A DNA stretch of 64,000 bases from Candidatus Komeilibacteria bacterium RIFOXYD1_FULL_37_29 (GTDB lineage: Bacteria > Patescibacteriota > Patescibacteriia > UBA1558 > GWA2-36-10), in NCBI GenBank assembly GCA_001818495.1, contig MHKS01000005.1, positions 466,584-530,583 of the forward strand. The letters run 5' to 3'. How positions within the stretch are numbered: position 1 is the stretch's first letter; each line of letters begins with the position of its first letter. The notes below the pieces were generated by a model, which did not search any database, had not been told where the DNA came from, and worked only from the letters and a program-made list of their open reading frames with translations. A program made the translations under genes and the position numbers. Of the stretch, positions 52,998 through 63,418 are shown piece by piece.

Positions 52998-54050
52998 TTA
53001 GTGTAATCCCAAATCTTTAGCCGAAGGAAGAAGTATTTCTTTTAGGTTATCTAGATCATCCAATACCTTGCCCGTACCACGCACCACGGCTGTCAGTGGA
53101 TCATCAGTAATATGGACCGGCATTTTGGTTTCTTGTGCTATCAAAACATCTAGACCCTTAAGTAAGGCACCACCACCAGATAAGACCATCCCTTTTTCAT
53201 ATAAATCTGAAACCAACTCCGGTGGAGTATTTTCTATTGTGCTTTTTATATTCTCTATAATCAATCTAATGGGTTTAATAATCGCTTCTCTGATATTAGC
53301 ATCGGTGACTTGCACTTCCTTGGGCAAACCAGTTAAAAGATCTCGGCCACGAATAATGGATTTGACTGATTTTTCGCCCAAAATAACTGAGCCAATTTGT
53401 ATCTTAATTTTTTCAGCCGTACGCTCGCCTAATAAAAGATTAAATTTATCCCGAGCGTATTGAACAATTGCCTCGTTTAATTTATCACCAGCCATCTTTA
53501 ATGATTTCCATGAAACTACACCACCTAGAGAAATAACCGCTATCTCCGTAGTTCCACCGCCAATATCAACAATCATTGATCCAGAGGCCTCCTGAATAGG
53601 CAATCCAGCACCAATGGCGGCGGCCATAGGCTCTTCAATCAAAAGTACTTCTGATGCTCCGGCTCCCATGACAGAGTCCTCTACCGCTTTTCTCTCTACT
53701 TCCGTCACATCAAGTGGTATACCAACTATTACTCGCGGCCGAGGCATAAAAGTAAATGATTTACGATGCACCTTTTCAATAAAATGTTTAATCATTTTTT
53801 CAGTTACTTCAAAATCCGAAATAATGCCGTCAACCAATGGTCTAGTGACGGTAATATGCTGTGGAGTTTTTCCAAGCATGACTTTGGCATCTTCACCAAC
53901 GGCTACTATTTTTTCCGTACGATTATTAATAGCTACAATCGATGGTTCATTGATGACAATACCCTGATCTTTGACATAAACCAAAATATTGGCCGTGCCT
54001 AAATCAATGCCAATATCTTTGGAAAAATTTTTAAAAATTCTTCTAAACAT
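52998..54050 (-). CDS. mreB: Rod shape-determining protein MreB.
   Basis: IGIDLGTANILVYVKDQGIVINEPSIVA is the MreB N-terminus. The rest aligns to MreB throughout. Confidence 0.9.
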   Translation of the reverse strand: MFRRIFKNFSKDIGIDLGTANILVYVKDQGIVINEPSIVAINNRTEKIVAVGEDAKVMLGKTPQHITVTRPLVDGIISDFEVTEKMIKHFIEKVHRKSFTFMPRPRVIVGIPLDVTEVERKAVEDSVMGAGASEVLLIEEPMAAAIGAGLPIQEASGSMIVDIGGGTTEIAVISLGGVVSWKSLKMAGDKLNEAIVQYARDKFNLLLGERTAEKIKIQIGSVILGEKSVKSIIRGRDLLTGLPKEVQVTDANIREAIIKPIRLIIENIKSTIENTPPELVSDLYEKGMVLSGGGALLKGLDVLIAQETKMPVHITDDPLTAVVRGTGKVLDDLDNLKEILLPSAKDLGLH

Positions 54051-55294
54051 TAATCGTAAAATGCTTTAATCTTTTTTATAGCTGTATCCAAATCTAGTAA
54101 TTCTTTATGATGATCAGCCCGATAAATCAACTCCAATTTTTGCTGTTTATCTGAAACAATCAATTGGAAGCAAATACCCAATAAATCTGCATCTTTTAAT
54201 TTCTTGCCAAAAGAGATGTCTCTATCATCATAGAGTACTTCTAAGCCATTTTTAGCCAATTTTTCATAGATCTGATCAGCTGGTGCATTTGTCTTATCAT
54301 TTTTTGACAAATTTAGCAAATGAACATGGTAAGGGGTAGTGGCCTTGGTCCAAATAATACCATCTTTATCATGACTGGCCTCTACTATAGTGCCCATGGC
54401 CCTGCCCAAACCAATACCATAAGAACCCATTAGGACATCTTTCAACTCGCCGTTTTCAGTAGCATACTGCAGGCCTAAAGCTGTAGAGTATTTTGTACCC
54501 AATCTAAAAATATTGCCGGCTTCGACTGTTTTATTCTCTATTACTTTGGCACCACAATTTGGGCATTTGTCTCCAGCTTTAACTTTAGCAATTTCCTTAT
54601 TTTGCGCCCAAGCACAATGACCACAATAAACTGTAACATCTTCACCAGCTATAGTTCTAATCATGAATTCATGAGAAAAATCTTTACTCATTGCTCCACC
54701 AGAAGCCTCTACAATAAATGCATCAAGGCCTAATCTATTAAAAATTCTTATATAAGTCTGTAATACTTTATCATAATATTTTTTTAAGTCTGCTTCATCG
54801 ATATGAAAACTATAAAGATCTTTCATAGAAAACTCCCGCCCCCTGAGTAAACCAGACTTGGCTCTTTTTTCATTGCGAAACTTATTTTGAATTTGATAAA
54901 TATAAACCGGTAAATCTTTGTAAGACTTTATTTGCTGTTTAGCCAATTCTGTTACTACTTCCTCGTGCGTAGTGGCCAGACCGACCTCACCACCGTGTCC
55001 GTCTTCAAACTGATACATGATATCTTGCATCCCCAACCAACGACCGGTGCGCTCCCACAGTTCTTTTGGCTGCAAAGCGCTCATTAGCATTTCTTGTCCA
55101 CCAATAAGATTCATTTCCTCTCTGATAATATTTTCAATCTTACGAAAAACTTTTAACCCCAAAGGCAGATAATTATAAATTCCAGCCATATGTTTATCTA
55201 TAAATCCGCCACGAATTAAAAGCTGCGCATTGATAGATTTTTCATCTTGACTGACGTCCCGTCTAGTTTTTCCAAATAACTTTGATTGTCTCAT
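54050..55294 (-). CDS. proS: Prolyl-tRNA synthetase, a short bacterial-type form of 414 aa without the editing insertion.
   Basis: LLIRGGFIDKHMAGIYNYLPLGLKVFRKIENIIREEMNLIGGQEMLMSALQPKELWERTGRW matches the ProRS N-terminal region. Confidence 0.82.
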   Translation of the reverse strand: MRQSKLFGKTRRDVSQDEKSINAQLLIRGGFIDKHMAGIYNYLPLGLKVFRKIENIIREEMNLIGGQEMLMSALQPKELWERTGRWLGMQDIMYQFEDGHGGEVGLATTHEEVVTELAKQQIKSYKDLPVYIYQIQNKFRNEKRAKSGLLRGREFSMKDLYSFHIDEADLKKYYDKVLQTYIRIFNRLGLDAFIVEASGGAMSKDFSHEFMIRTIAGEDVTVYCGHCAWAQNKEIAKVKAGDKCPNCGAKVIENKTVEAGNIFRLGTKYSTALGLQYATENGELKDVLMGSYGIGLGRAMGTIVEASHDKDGIIWTKATTPYHVHLLNLSKNDKTNAPADQIYEKLAKNGLEVLYDDRDISFGKKLKDADLLGICFQLIVSDKQQKLELIYRADHHKELLDLDTAIKKIKAFYD

Positions 55295-55296
55295 AA

Positions 55297-55578
55297 CTAA
55301 TTTTTTAATAAACTTATAATTCTGTTTTTCTCATCTTCTAAAATTTGACCATCATAATCACCGCCATGAGCAACCTGCTCTTCGTAGCAAGCGCCTTTTT
55401 GATCAAGATGAAGAGAAAATTCCCAACCCTTTGCCACCTGACTTAAATAAATATGAAAACGCGGAAACTGGCCACTATTTAAACGCCGAGAAAAACTTTG
55501 ATTTTTATGGGGATGATAACCCAAAAACCTAGTCAAAGCTAAAATATTGTATTTATTATTATTAACTAAAAATTTCAT
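55297..55578 (-). CDS. Hypothetical 93-aa protein.
   Basis: An ORF tightly packed between proS and rseP. Confidence 0.4.
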   Translation of the reverse strand: MKFLVNNNKYNILALTRFLGYHPHKNQSFSRRLNSGQFPRFHIYLSQVAKGWEFSLHLDQKGACYEEQVAHGGDYDGQILEDEKNRIISLLKN

Positions 55579-55581
55579 AAC

Positions 55582-56691
55582 TTACATAAACCAAGATTGA
55601 ATAGTCTGCCAAATTCCGGCTCCATAAATCGTAAAATCCCTAAAAGTAATAACGATTAAAAGTATAATCAAAATAATAAAACCACTATTGTGTATCCAAG
55701 CTTCTACTTTTTCATTTAATTTTTTACGAGTGACCGCTTGCGCTAATATAAACAAAGCTCGTCCGCCATCTAAGGCCGGGAATGGGAAAAAATTTATCAC
55801 TCCCAGGTTGATAGAAAGCAAAGCCGCAAAATAAATGATATGAATAAATCCCAATTTAACAATTTGTCCGGTAATTACCGCCACAGCCACTGGCCCGCCA
55901 AAACCTTCAGCCAAATCTCCTTTGGTGATTAAATTGGCTAGCAAATGATAAAGAGCTTTAACAATATTGGCAATCATAAAAACTGTGACCTCAAAACCCT
56001 GAACGATACTGCCCCAAAAGCCATAATCAACAATACCCGTTTCCGTAATACCAATACCCAATCTTGACTCGGTACCCTCTTCCAACACTTCGTGTTTTAA
56101 ATTATAAATTGCTTCCTGATCATTATTTTTTAAAACCACCAACGTTATCTCTTCTCCGCGCAAAAATTCCAACTGAGCATAGATGTCTTCATCACTTTCA
56201 AAAGTCTGTCCATTAATCTTACGGATTTTATCACCAACTTCCAGACCAACTTGCGCCGCTGGACTATTTTCAGTAATTTGTAAAATAACGACATTTTTAT
56301 CACGGACATTGGCTTGACTTATATCAGCTGTCAGTTCTTGGGGAAAACCAGCCATAAAAACAATGGATAATAAAATAAAAGCTAAGAAAAAATTCATCAA
56401 CACTCCGGCTGAGACAATCAAAATTTTCTTCCAAGCAGCCTGATTGACAAAACTTCTAGGATCATCCAATCCTTCTCCCTGCTCTCCTTTTATTTTGACA
56501 AATCCGCCCATCGGTATCCAATTGATAGAATATTTTATACCATTTCGTTTCCAAGAAAATATTTTAGGTGGAAAACCAATAGCAAACTCCTCTACATCCA
56601 CTTTTAATTTTATAGCACTAATAAAGTGTCCTAGCTCATGCACTAGGATAAGTAAACCCAAAATTAAAATAAATATAATAACTGTTTCCAT
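55582..56691 (-). CDS. rseP: Site-2 protease RseP (zinc metalloprotease with a PDZ domain).
   Basis: LVHELGHF is the HExxH motif in TM1. A PDZ domain and a C-terminal LDGG motif are present. Confidence 0.85.
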   Translation of the reverse strand: METVIIFILILGLLILVHELGHFISAIKLKVDVEEFAIGFPPKIFSWKRNGIKYSINWIPMGGFVKIKGEQGEGLDDPRSFVNQAAWKKILIVSAGVLMNFFLAFILLSIVFMAGFPQELTADISQANVRDKNVVILQITENSPAAQVGLEVGDKIRKINGQTFESDEDIYAQLEFLRGEEITLVVLKNNDQEAIYNLKHEVLEEGTESRLGIGITETGIVDYGFWGSIVQGFEVTVFMIANIVKALYHLLANLITKGDLAEGFGGPVAVAVITGQIVKLGFIHIIYFAALLSINLGVINFFPFPALDGGRALFILAQAVTRKKLNEKVEAWIHNSGFIILIILLIVITFRDFTIYGAGIWQTIQSWFM

Positions 56692-56694
56692 AAA

Positions 56695-57249
56695 TTAAAT
56701 TTTCATTATCTCCTGCTCTTTCTTATCACTAATTTGTTTGATCTTTTCATTGTACTCTTTCACCAACTCGTCCAAAGACTCCAGAGCATCAAATTTTTCA
56801 TCTTCAGAAATTTGTTTGGATTTTTCTAGTGAAATAACTTCTTCTTTAACTTTTTCCCGATTACCTCTTAGTTTAATACGGGACTCTTCAACTTTTTTAT
56901 GCAAAACCTTGACTAGCTCCTTGCGTGATTCTTCTGTTAATTGAGGAAAATTTAATCTAACCAAATCACCATCTACTACCGGGTTAACATTTAGATCGGC
57001 TTTATTTAAAGCTTTTTCAATAGCCGCAAGAATACTTTTATCCCAGGGCTTAATAGCTATACTCTGTGGCTCTGGACTAGTAATAGAAGCCAGTTGCAAA
57101 AGCTCGGTAGTGGTGCCATAGCTTTCTACTAAAACTTTCTCCACCAAACTCGGTGATATCCGACCAGTTCTAAGAGAAGAGATATCTTCTTGAAAAAATC
57201 TAATGGTTTTTTCAAATTGTTCTTTATTTTTTTCTATTAAATTATTCAT
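56695..57249 (-). CDS. frr: Ribosome recycling factor.
   Basis: A 184-aa protein with the RRF fold pattern. Confidence 0.88.
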   Translation of the reverse strand: MNNLIEKNKEQFEKTIRFFQEDISSLRTGRISPSLVEKVLVESYGTTTELLQLASITSPEPQSIAIKPWDKSILAAIEKALNKADLNVNPVVDGDLVRLNFPQLTEESRKELVKVLHKKVEESRIKLRGNREKVKEEVISLEKSKQISEDEKFDALESLDELVKEYNEKIKQISDKKEQEIMKI

Positions 57250-57253
57250 ATAA

Positions 57254-58594
57254 TTAAAATGTTGATTTCTTTTGTACTACTTGATAAGCCCCTAAATATA
57301 AAAATTTATTGTCTAAAGAAAAAGATAATGAGCGAGCAGAATGATTGGTCGGCAAATCACTAATCTCCCAATTATTTCCATTATCTATAGAATGATACAG
57401 CGCTTTTGATGTGCCGTAAAATAATTCATCGGTATTTTTAGGGTTTACCAAAACTGAGAAAATAGCTTCACCTTTATTGGGTGGGGTAAGTAGCTTTATT
57501 TGTTTCCAAATTGAGCCATACTTGTCCTCCATCAGACGGTAAATAGATCCGTTATTGGCATAAATTATACCGTCTTTGACACTCCTGTCCAAACTAACAG
57601 TCACTACTGTAGATGCCCCCCTATTCTTACCTAATACTATATATTTATTATTTTTTTCGTATTCAATTTTTTCTTCCTTGGTTAAATACTGACAAGTTTG
57701 ATTAAATTTTTCCTTTTCGGCTTCAGCTAATAGCTCGGCCTGCCTATCTTCGTCTTCAACACCGCTGGTAATAGCTCTTTTCTCTGTGCTAGTTAATTTT
57801 TGACAAGTGGCCGCCAATTTAGCCTCTTCTTTGGCCGTTAAAAATTCGGTAAAGGCCTGATCTTCGTCTATCTCTGCTCTATCTAAACGCCAACTTAAGA
57901 GATTTTCCCAAGTTAAACCGTCATCAATGCTTTTTAAAATTCCATTTTTTTGCGTAACTCCATAAACTATACGGCCAGCTTCACTATCGATCACAAAAAT
58001 ATTTTTTATACTATTGCCAAAGCGTTGGACAGCACTCCAAGTTTTGCCATTGTCTTCACTGCGTAACAATGACCCTTTTGAGTTGCCAGCAAAAACTATA
58101 TTACTATTATAATGACTAGTAGCTAGAGCGGTAACATAATCACCAGTAGTGGGTTCAAAATAAACTTTTTCCCAACTACGTGAACAATCAATGGTTTTAT
58201 AAATAGCATTGTGAACAGCGGCAAAAATAGTACAATTTTTTTCCGGATCAACCGCTATAGCATTGATAGTTCCCAAACCAGCTAAAGTCCTAGTCCAACC
58301 GTTGCCATAGTCATAGCTATAAAATATACCGTCATGCAAAGTACCCAAATAAATAGCACTTTCATCTAGAGGATCATAAGTCATCACTGTCACACTGGCG
58401 GCATCAAAAGTAGCTTTTTTGTCTCCCAAAGTATAAATGGTATTCATCTTGGTCCAGCTATCCCCCAAATTTTCACTTCGGAAAAATCCACCAGTCAGCG
58501 AAGATGGAGAGGCTGATTTTTTAGATAAACTAACACAACCAGACAAAAATAATGGTAAGATAATAATTAAAACAATTAACTTTTGTTTTTTCAT
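57254..58594 (-). CDS. Lipoprotein with BNR/Asp-box repeats, similar to the Ycf48/sortilin-like beta-propeller.
   Basis: The lipobox LFLSGC is present. Repeated S-x-D-x-G-x-T-W motifs occur, for example SEDNGKTWS, SIDDGLTWEN and SIDNGNNWE. Confidence 0.55.
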   Translation of the reverse strand: MKKQKLIVLIIILPLFLSGCVSLSKKSASPSSLTGGFFRSENLGDSWTKMNTIYTLGDKKATFDAASVTVMTYDPLDESAIYLGTLHDGIFYSYDYGNGWTRTLAGLGTINAIAVDPEKNCTIFAAVHNAIYKTIDCSRSWEKVYFEPTTGDYVTALATSHYNSNIVFAGNSKGSLLRSEDNGKTWSAVQRFGNSIKNIFVIDSEAGRIVYGVTQKNGILKSIDDGLTWENLLSWRLDRAEIDEDQAFTEFLTAKEEAKLAATCQKLTSTEKRAITSGVEDEDRQAELLAEAEKEKFNQTCQYLTKEEKIEYEKNNKYIVLGKNRGASTVVTVSLDRSVKDGIIYANNGSIYRLMEDKYGSIWKQIKLLTPPNKGEAIFSVLVNPKNTDELFYGTSKALYHSIDNGNNWEISDLPTNHSARSLSFSLDNKFLYLGAYQVVQKKSTF

Positions 58595-58598
58595 ATTT

Positions 58599-59603
58599 TT
58601 ATTCCATGTTTAAAAATAAATTCTCCCACAAGAGTTGTGGCGATATGTTATAATTTAATTTTTCTTTGGTTTTATTCAAAGATAATAAATTATCTATCAA
58701 ACTCTGCTTATTAAATTTGGTAGCCAAGCTGTTAATTTCTTTATCATACATCTGGTTGATAATCGGTCGCTCTAACTTAGCCCACAAAATATCTCTTAAA
58801 AATACCTCAAATAAATCTAAATATTCTTTGGTCAGGTTACCCAATTCACTTAATTTGTATCCGGGGTATTCTTTTTTTAGTACTTCAAACCATTTATCCA
58901 GGGTTTGCATATAATAAAAAGTTCCCCCGGATAACATTTTTAATATAAAATTTGAGCTTTTTTTAAAATTTTCCATTTTGTCACCCATTAAGCGCAAAGC
59001 TACTCCTGGTCGGCCAAAAGATAAATTGATAATTGTTTCTTTTTCTTGATCAGAAAAATCATAATTTTTTAGCCAAGCCAACATATCACCCCTTTTTAGT
59101 GGCTGAAACTTTATCAGTTGCGCCCGAGAAATGATGGTGGCCGGCAAATTGACAATGGTATCGGCGATTAAAATAATAGTTGTATTGATTGTCGGCTCTT
59201 CCAAGGTCTTGAGTAGTGCATTGGCGCTAAAAAGATTAATGGTTTCTGTACCATAAATAACGGCAATTTTATGGGTACTTCTAAAATTAGACATGGAAAT
59301 TTTGTGTAAAAATTCTCGAATATTATCAACACCTAGGTCTTCTCTGTCACCCACTTTATGAATATCTAAAAAAATGCCTTTACTAATCATCCGACAATTA
59401 TCACATTGACCACAGGGTTTTATTTTGTTGTCCAAACAAAAAATACTCTTAATAAAATAATCTACTATGGTTTTTTTACCTAGGCCAGCCGGACCATAAA
59501 ATAAATAAGTATTAGCCAGCTTATGTTGGCTGACTGTTTCTTGCAAAAACTTTAATTGATTTTTATGACCATAAATAGGCCACTGATACTCTTGTGACAT
59601 TGC
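58599..59603 (-). CDS. holB: DNA polymerase III delta-prime subunit.
   Basis: ANTYLFYGPAGLGKKT is a degenerate Walker A. CGQCDNC is the zinc module. The start is the Met at 59603, while the ORF track extends to 59642. Confidence 0.78.
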   Translation of the reverse strand, partial: AMSQEYQWPIYGHKNQLKFLQETVSQHKLANTYLFYGPAGLGKKTIVDYFIKSIFCLDNKIKPCGQCDNCRMISKGIFLDIHKVGDREDLGVDNIREFLHKISMSNFRSTHKIAVIYGTETINLFSANALLKTLEEPTINTTIILIADTIVNLPATIISRAQLIKFQPLKRGDMLAWLKNYDFSDQEKETIINLSFGRPGVALRLMGDKMENFKKSSNFILKMLSGGTFYYMQTLDKWFEVLKKEYPGYKLSELGNLTKEYLDLFEVFLRDILWAKLERPIINQMYDKEINSLATKFNKQSLIDNLLSLNKTKEKLNYNISPQLLWENLFLNME

Positions 59604-59689
59604 TTTAAAAATACCATTTTTAAGCCCAAAAATCAATCCCATTCAATTTAACAATCTCTTCCAGCTAGACAATTGAAAAAGCCGCTGGT

Positions 59690-60106
59690 TTAGCGGCTAT
59701 CTAAAGCTTTATTTACTAGGGCGTCAGCTTCTTTATTGAGCTCCCGCCGTATATGTTTGAAACTAATCTTTTTAAACTGAATGGCCAGATTCCAAGCTTT
59801 GACAAATGTCTTAGCCAAGCCTACTTCCTTGACTTTATATTCTTTATTTAGCTGTTTAACTACCAATTCACTGTCCAAATAACAAGACAACTCTTTAATA
59901 TTACTAGCTAAAGCCAATTCCAATCCTTTTATCAGGGCTGCATACTCGGCTTGATTGTTGGTAGTCTCACCAATATACTCTGAAAAAGTATCTATTTTTT
60001 CCTTTCCCTGATAAAGCACTCCACCGATAGCGGCTGGACCAGGATTACCCCTAGCTCCGCCATCAGTAAAAAGACGAGCGGCTGATTTTGTAGAAGGACT
60101 AACCAT
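59690..60106 (-). CDS. rnhA: Ribonuclease HI.
   Basis: FTDGGARGNPGPAAIGGVL...TNNQAEYAALIKGLELA is RNase H type 1. Confidence 0.85.
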   Translation of the reverse strand: MVSPSTKSAARLFTDGGARGNPGPAAIGGVLYQGKEKIDTFSEYIGETTNNQAEYAALIKGLELALASNIKELSCYLDSELVVKQLNKEYKVKEVGLAKTFVKAWNLAIQFKKISFKHIRRELNKEADALVNKALDSR

Positions 60107-61817
60107 TATTCTTTATATCTTTAATAATCAATTGTATTTCCCGATTACCATTCCATTGATTAATACTCAAATTATATATTATATCAATTTTGTCACCCAG
60201 CTCTAAAGACATTTTACCCAAACCAAAAGCAATGGCTCCTCGACTTTTATTTCCTTTGGCAATTTCCAATTTCAAATGTTGTCCGTCTCCGCCTACTTGC
60301 CTGATACTAGTAACAGATAAACCCGTAGACATAAAAAGCGGTTCCGGATTACTTTGTCCGTAGGGATGAAATTTTTCCAACAGATCCAAAAGATCCCAGG
60401 ATATATCTTCAAAATTTATAGCCAGTTCTATTTCCAAGCTTGGCTGAAATTGTATATTTTTTAACTTGGTGAGAGCTAAAGACTTCATTGTTTTGATAAA
60501 CTCCTCACGTTTATCGGCGGTGATAGAAAAACCACAAGCCTGTGGATGCCCACCATATTTGATCAACATTTTTTCATTTTGTTGCAAAGCTTCAATAATA
60601 TTAAATTCTGGGATACTGCGACCAGAACCGACTATAACATTATCGACATTGGTCATGACAAAAACTGGCCGAGAATAATCTCTAGACAATCTGCCGGCTA
60701 CCAGCCCAGTCAAACCACTAGACCAGTCGGGACTATAAAAAGACAAAAGTGGCTCACTTTCATCAATCTTTTGTGCTTTAGCTTCTTTAACTATTTTTTC
60801 CGTCAACTTTTGCCTATCCAAATTTGATTGATTCAAATCTGAAGCCAATTTAGTAGCTTTATCGTCATCTTCTTCAATCATTAAATAATAAGCCAAATTG
60901 GCGTGATCCATCCGTCCGGCGGCATTGACTCTGGGAGCCAAAGAAAATCCAATGGTTCTAGCGTCAATTTTATCAATATCCAAATTGGCTACTTGAATCA
61001 ATTTTTTCAAACCCAAACGTTTGGTTTTTTTAAGAACCATCAAACCATACTTTAAAAGTGTCCGATTTTCTCCCAAAAGTGGCACCATATCAGCGACCGT
61101 AGATAAGGCCACCATATCCAAAAGCCATTTTTCATTGACCTCTTTTTCTTTGGCTGAAAAATCATTGTGCTGATGAGAAAGTAAAGCTTGCGCCAATTTA
61201 AAAGCCACGCCACCGCCAGCTAAATATTTGAAAGGATATTCTTCTCCCTTAACTTGTGGATGAATAATAGCCAAAGCCTTGGGTAATATCTCTGGAATAG
61301 TATGATGATCAGTAATTATTACATCTACTCCCAAGCTATTGGCCAAAGCTACTTCTTCAATATTGCTGATTCCGCAATCACAAGTAATAATTACTTGGCT
61401 TTTGGTGGCGATCTGCTGGACGGCTTTTTTATTTAGCCCATAGCCCTCTTTTTCACGATGGGGCAAATAAACATCAACTCGGGCTCCCAAAGATTTTAGA
61501 ATTGACCAAAGTATGACCGAAGCACTGACTCCATCGGCATCATAATCTCCATACACAGTAATCAACTCTTTATTTTTAATGGCCAGATAGATCCTTTGAC
61601 AAGCCTTTTCCATATCTTTGAAAAGATGTGGATCATGGACATCTTGACTATAATCAGGATTCAAAAACTCGTCTATCTGCTGTTGAGTCTTTAACCCCCG
61701 ATTATATAATAACTGAACAGCTACTGGATGCAATTCCGGAAATTTTTCTATAAAATCTTGCGTGGGCTTATGTGGTAATTTCCAAATATATGACATAAAA
61801 AAATAATCACGTATCAA
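60099..61817 (-). CDS. recJ: Single-stranded-DNA-specific exonuclease RecJ.
   Basis: The DHH motif VYGDYDADGVSASVIL and a DHHA1 region are present. Length is 572 aa. Confidence 0.9.
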   Translation of the reverse strand: MIRDYFFMSYIWKLPHKPTQDFIEKFPELHPVAVQLLYNRGLKTQQQIDEFLNPDYSQDVHDPHLFKDMEKACQRIYLAIKNKELITVYGDYDADGVSASVILWSILKSLGARVDVYLPHREKEGYGLNKKAVQQIATKSQVIITCDCGISNIEEVALANSLGVDVIITDHHTIPEILPKALAIIHPQVKGEEYPFKYLAGGGVAFKLAQALLSHQHNDFSAKEKEVNEKWLLDMVALSTVADMVPLLGENRTLLKYGLMVLKKTKRLGLKKLIQVANLDIDKIDARTIGFSLAPRVNAAGRMDHANLAYYLMIEEDDDKATKLASDLNQSNLDRQKLTEKIVKEAKAQKIDESEPLLSFYSPDWSSGLTGLVAGRLSRDYSRPVFVMTNVDNVIVGSGRSIPEFNIIEALQQNEKMLIKYGGHPQACGFSITADKREEFIKTMKSLALTKLKNIQFQPSLEIELAINFEDISWDLLDLLEKFHPYGQSNPEPLFMSTGLSVTSIRQVGGDGQHLKLEIAKGNKSRGAIAFGLGKMSLELGDKIDIIYNLSINQWNGNREIQLIIKDIKNNG

Positions 61818-61862
61818 CGTGTGGTTATTGTATCAATAATTTATAGGTTTTGACAAACTAGC

Positions 61863-62276
61863 CTATTTTAACTTAACAACCTTAATCTTACGAGCAGTGG
61901 AAGCTGTTGAATTTTTTTCTTTGGCTGGAGAAGATTGTTTTTCATTGTAGACTATGCGCGGTGGCAAAGTAACTTCTTTTTCTATTTTTGGCTCTAGACG
62001 CACTTCTCTTTTATTTTGACCACCTTGTTTTAACTCTTTTTTCAAAAATGCCAAAGCTACTGCCAGCATCACTAGCCCCAGTAAAGTTAAAAGGAAAAAA
62101 GAATTATTAAAATTAAAAAATGAAGCCTCGGATGGACTGGTAAAATTTGTTTCTTGATAATCACTAACAATATTTACCACCTCCTGATTGAGATCACCCA
62201 ATTTATTTTCCGTGTCAACCAGATTATTGAGTATTGGATCATCGGCCTGAACTAACTTGTTTATTTGCTCAGACAT
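61863..62276 (-). CDS. Hypothetical membrane-anchored protein.
   Basis: One central TM helix, FFLLTLLGLVMLAVALAFL. Confidence 0.4.
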   Translation of the reverse strand: MSEQINKLVQADDPILNNLVDTENKLGDLNQEVVNIVSDYQETNFTSPSEASFFNFNNSFFLLTLLGLVMLAVALAFLKKELKQGGQNKREVRLEPKIEKEVTLPPRIVYNEKQSSPAKEKNSTASTARKIKVVKLK

Positions 62277-63418
62277 TTTATTGTTTTATTAGCTATATTA
62301 ATTAACTCACCCTCAGGAGCTAAAATAACCTTGGTGCCAGATGGCTTTTGCAAACCGCGTAAAATCATGCCTCTGATAGTATTGTTGGCAGCCGCTGGAC
62401 CAGTAAAGACAATAGCGTCAATTTTTTTACTCATACCAAGATATGAGGCAATATAACGAGAAATATCATAAATGTAAATATCCAAAGCTAGTTTAGCGGC
62501 TTGTCTTTGCTCTTTACTAAATTTAAAATTATTTTTATAACCACTGACCTTATAACCACTAGCTAGCAAAACATCTCTCAAATCAGCCAAACCAGCTAAG
62601 CCCAAAAGCCCAGATTTTTTGTCTATTATTTCGCTAATATCAGCCAAAGATAGCTTAAGCTGCTTGGCTAAATAAAATATAACACTAGGTGGCAAATCAC
62701 CGCATCTGGTAGACATGGTCAATCCTTCATTGGGAGAAAAGCCCATACTGGTATCTTTGACCTGACCGTCCATAAACCAACTGATACTAGCCCCCGAACC
62801 TATATGACAGGTAATTAATTTTAACTTATCTATATTTCTATTTAAAACTTTGGCCGCATAATCAGCAGCTGCTTCATGACTTAAACCATGAAAACCATAT
62901 TTTCTAATATTATATTTCTGATAATAAGAAATGGGCAAAGAATACAAATAGGCTACGGCCGGTAACTTGTGATACCAAGCTGTATCAAAACTAACAGCCA
63001 TTTTTACTTTTGGCCAGCTGTCTTTGACCAAGTCCATCAACTCCAAAGTAACTGGATTGTGTAGTGGTGCCAAATGATTATATTTTTTTATATTTTTCAA
63101 AAAAGCTGAACTGACAAGTGTAGTCTCAAAAAATTCTCCACCACCATGCACCAATCTAAAACCGACAAACTTAATATCAAAATCTTTTAATAACTCATAC
63201 AGATAACTCCACCAATCTTTAATATTGTAGCCAGTCTGATAATTTATCTTTTTGTTTCTATAAACCAACACGCTTTTATTGCCCACCAAAGAGATGGCTC
63301 CGTCCAAAACTTTCTGTCCAGGCCTGGTTTGACCTTTTATCAAAAATTTTGGTAATTCAAAAACGGCAAACTTTATACTGCCACTACCGGGATTTAAGAT
63401 AAGCAAATATTTTTTCAT
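62261..63418 (-). CDS. ackA: Acetate kinase.
   Basis: ILNPGSGSIKFAVF, RLVHGG, FDTAWYHKLP, YGFHGLSH, HIGSGASIS, DTSMGFSPNEGLTMSTRCGD and VFTGPAA together make up the full set of AckA motifs. Confidence 0.88.
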   Translation of the reverse strand: MKKYLLILNPGSGSIKFAVFELPKFLIKGQTRPGQKVLDGAISLVGNKSVLVYRNKKINYQTGYNIKDWWSYLYELLKDFDIKFVGFRLVHGGGEFFETTLVSSAFLKNIKKYNHLAPLHNPVTLELMDLVKDSWPKVKMAVSFDTAWYHKLPAVAYLYSLPISYYQKYNIRKYGFHGLSHEAAADYAAKVLNRNIDKLKLITCHIGSGASISWFMDGQVKDTSMGFSPNEGLTMSTRCGDLPPSVIFYLAKQLKLSLADISEIIDKKSGLLGLAGLADLRDVLLASGYKVSGYKNNFKFSKEQRQAAKLALDIYIYDISRYIASYLGMSKKIDAIVFTGPAAANNTIRGMILRGLQKPSGTKVILAPEGELINIANKTIKCLSK

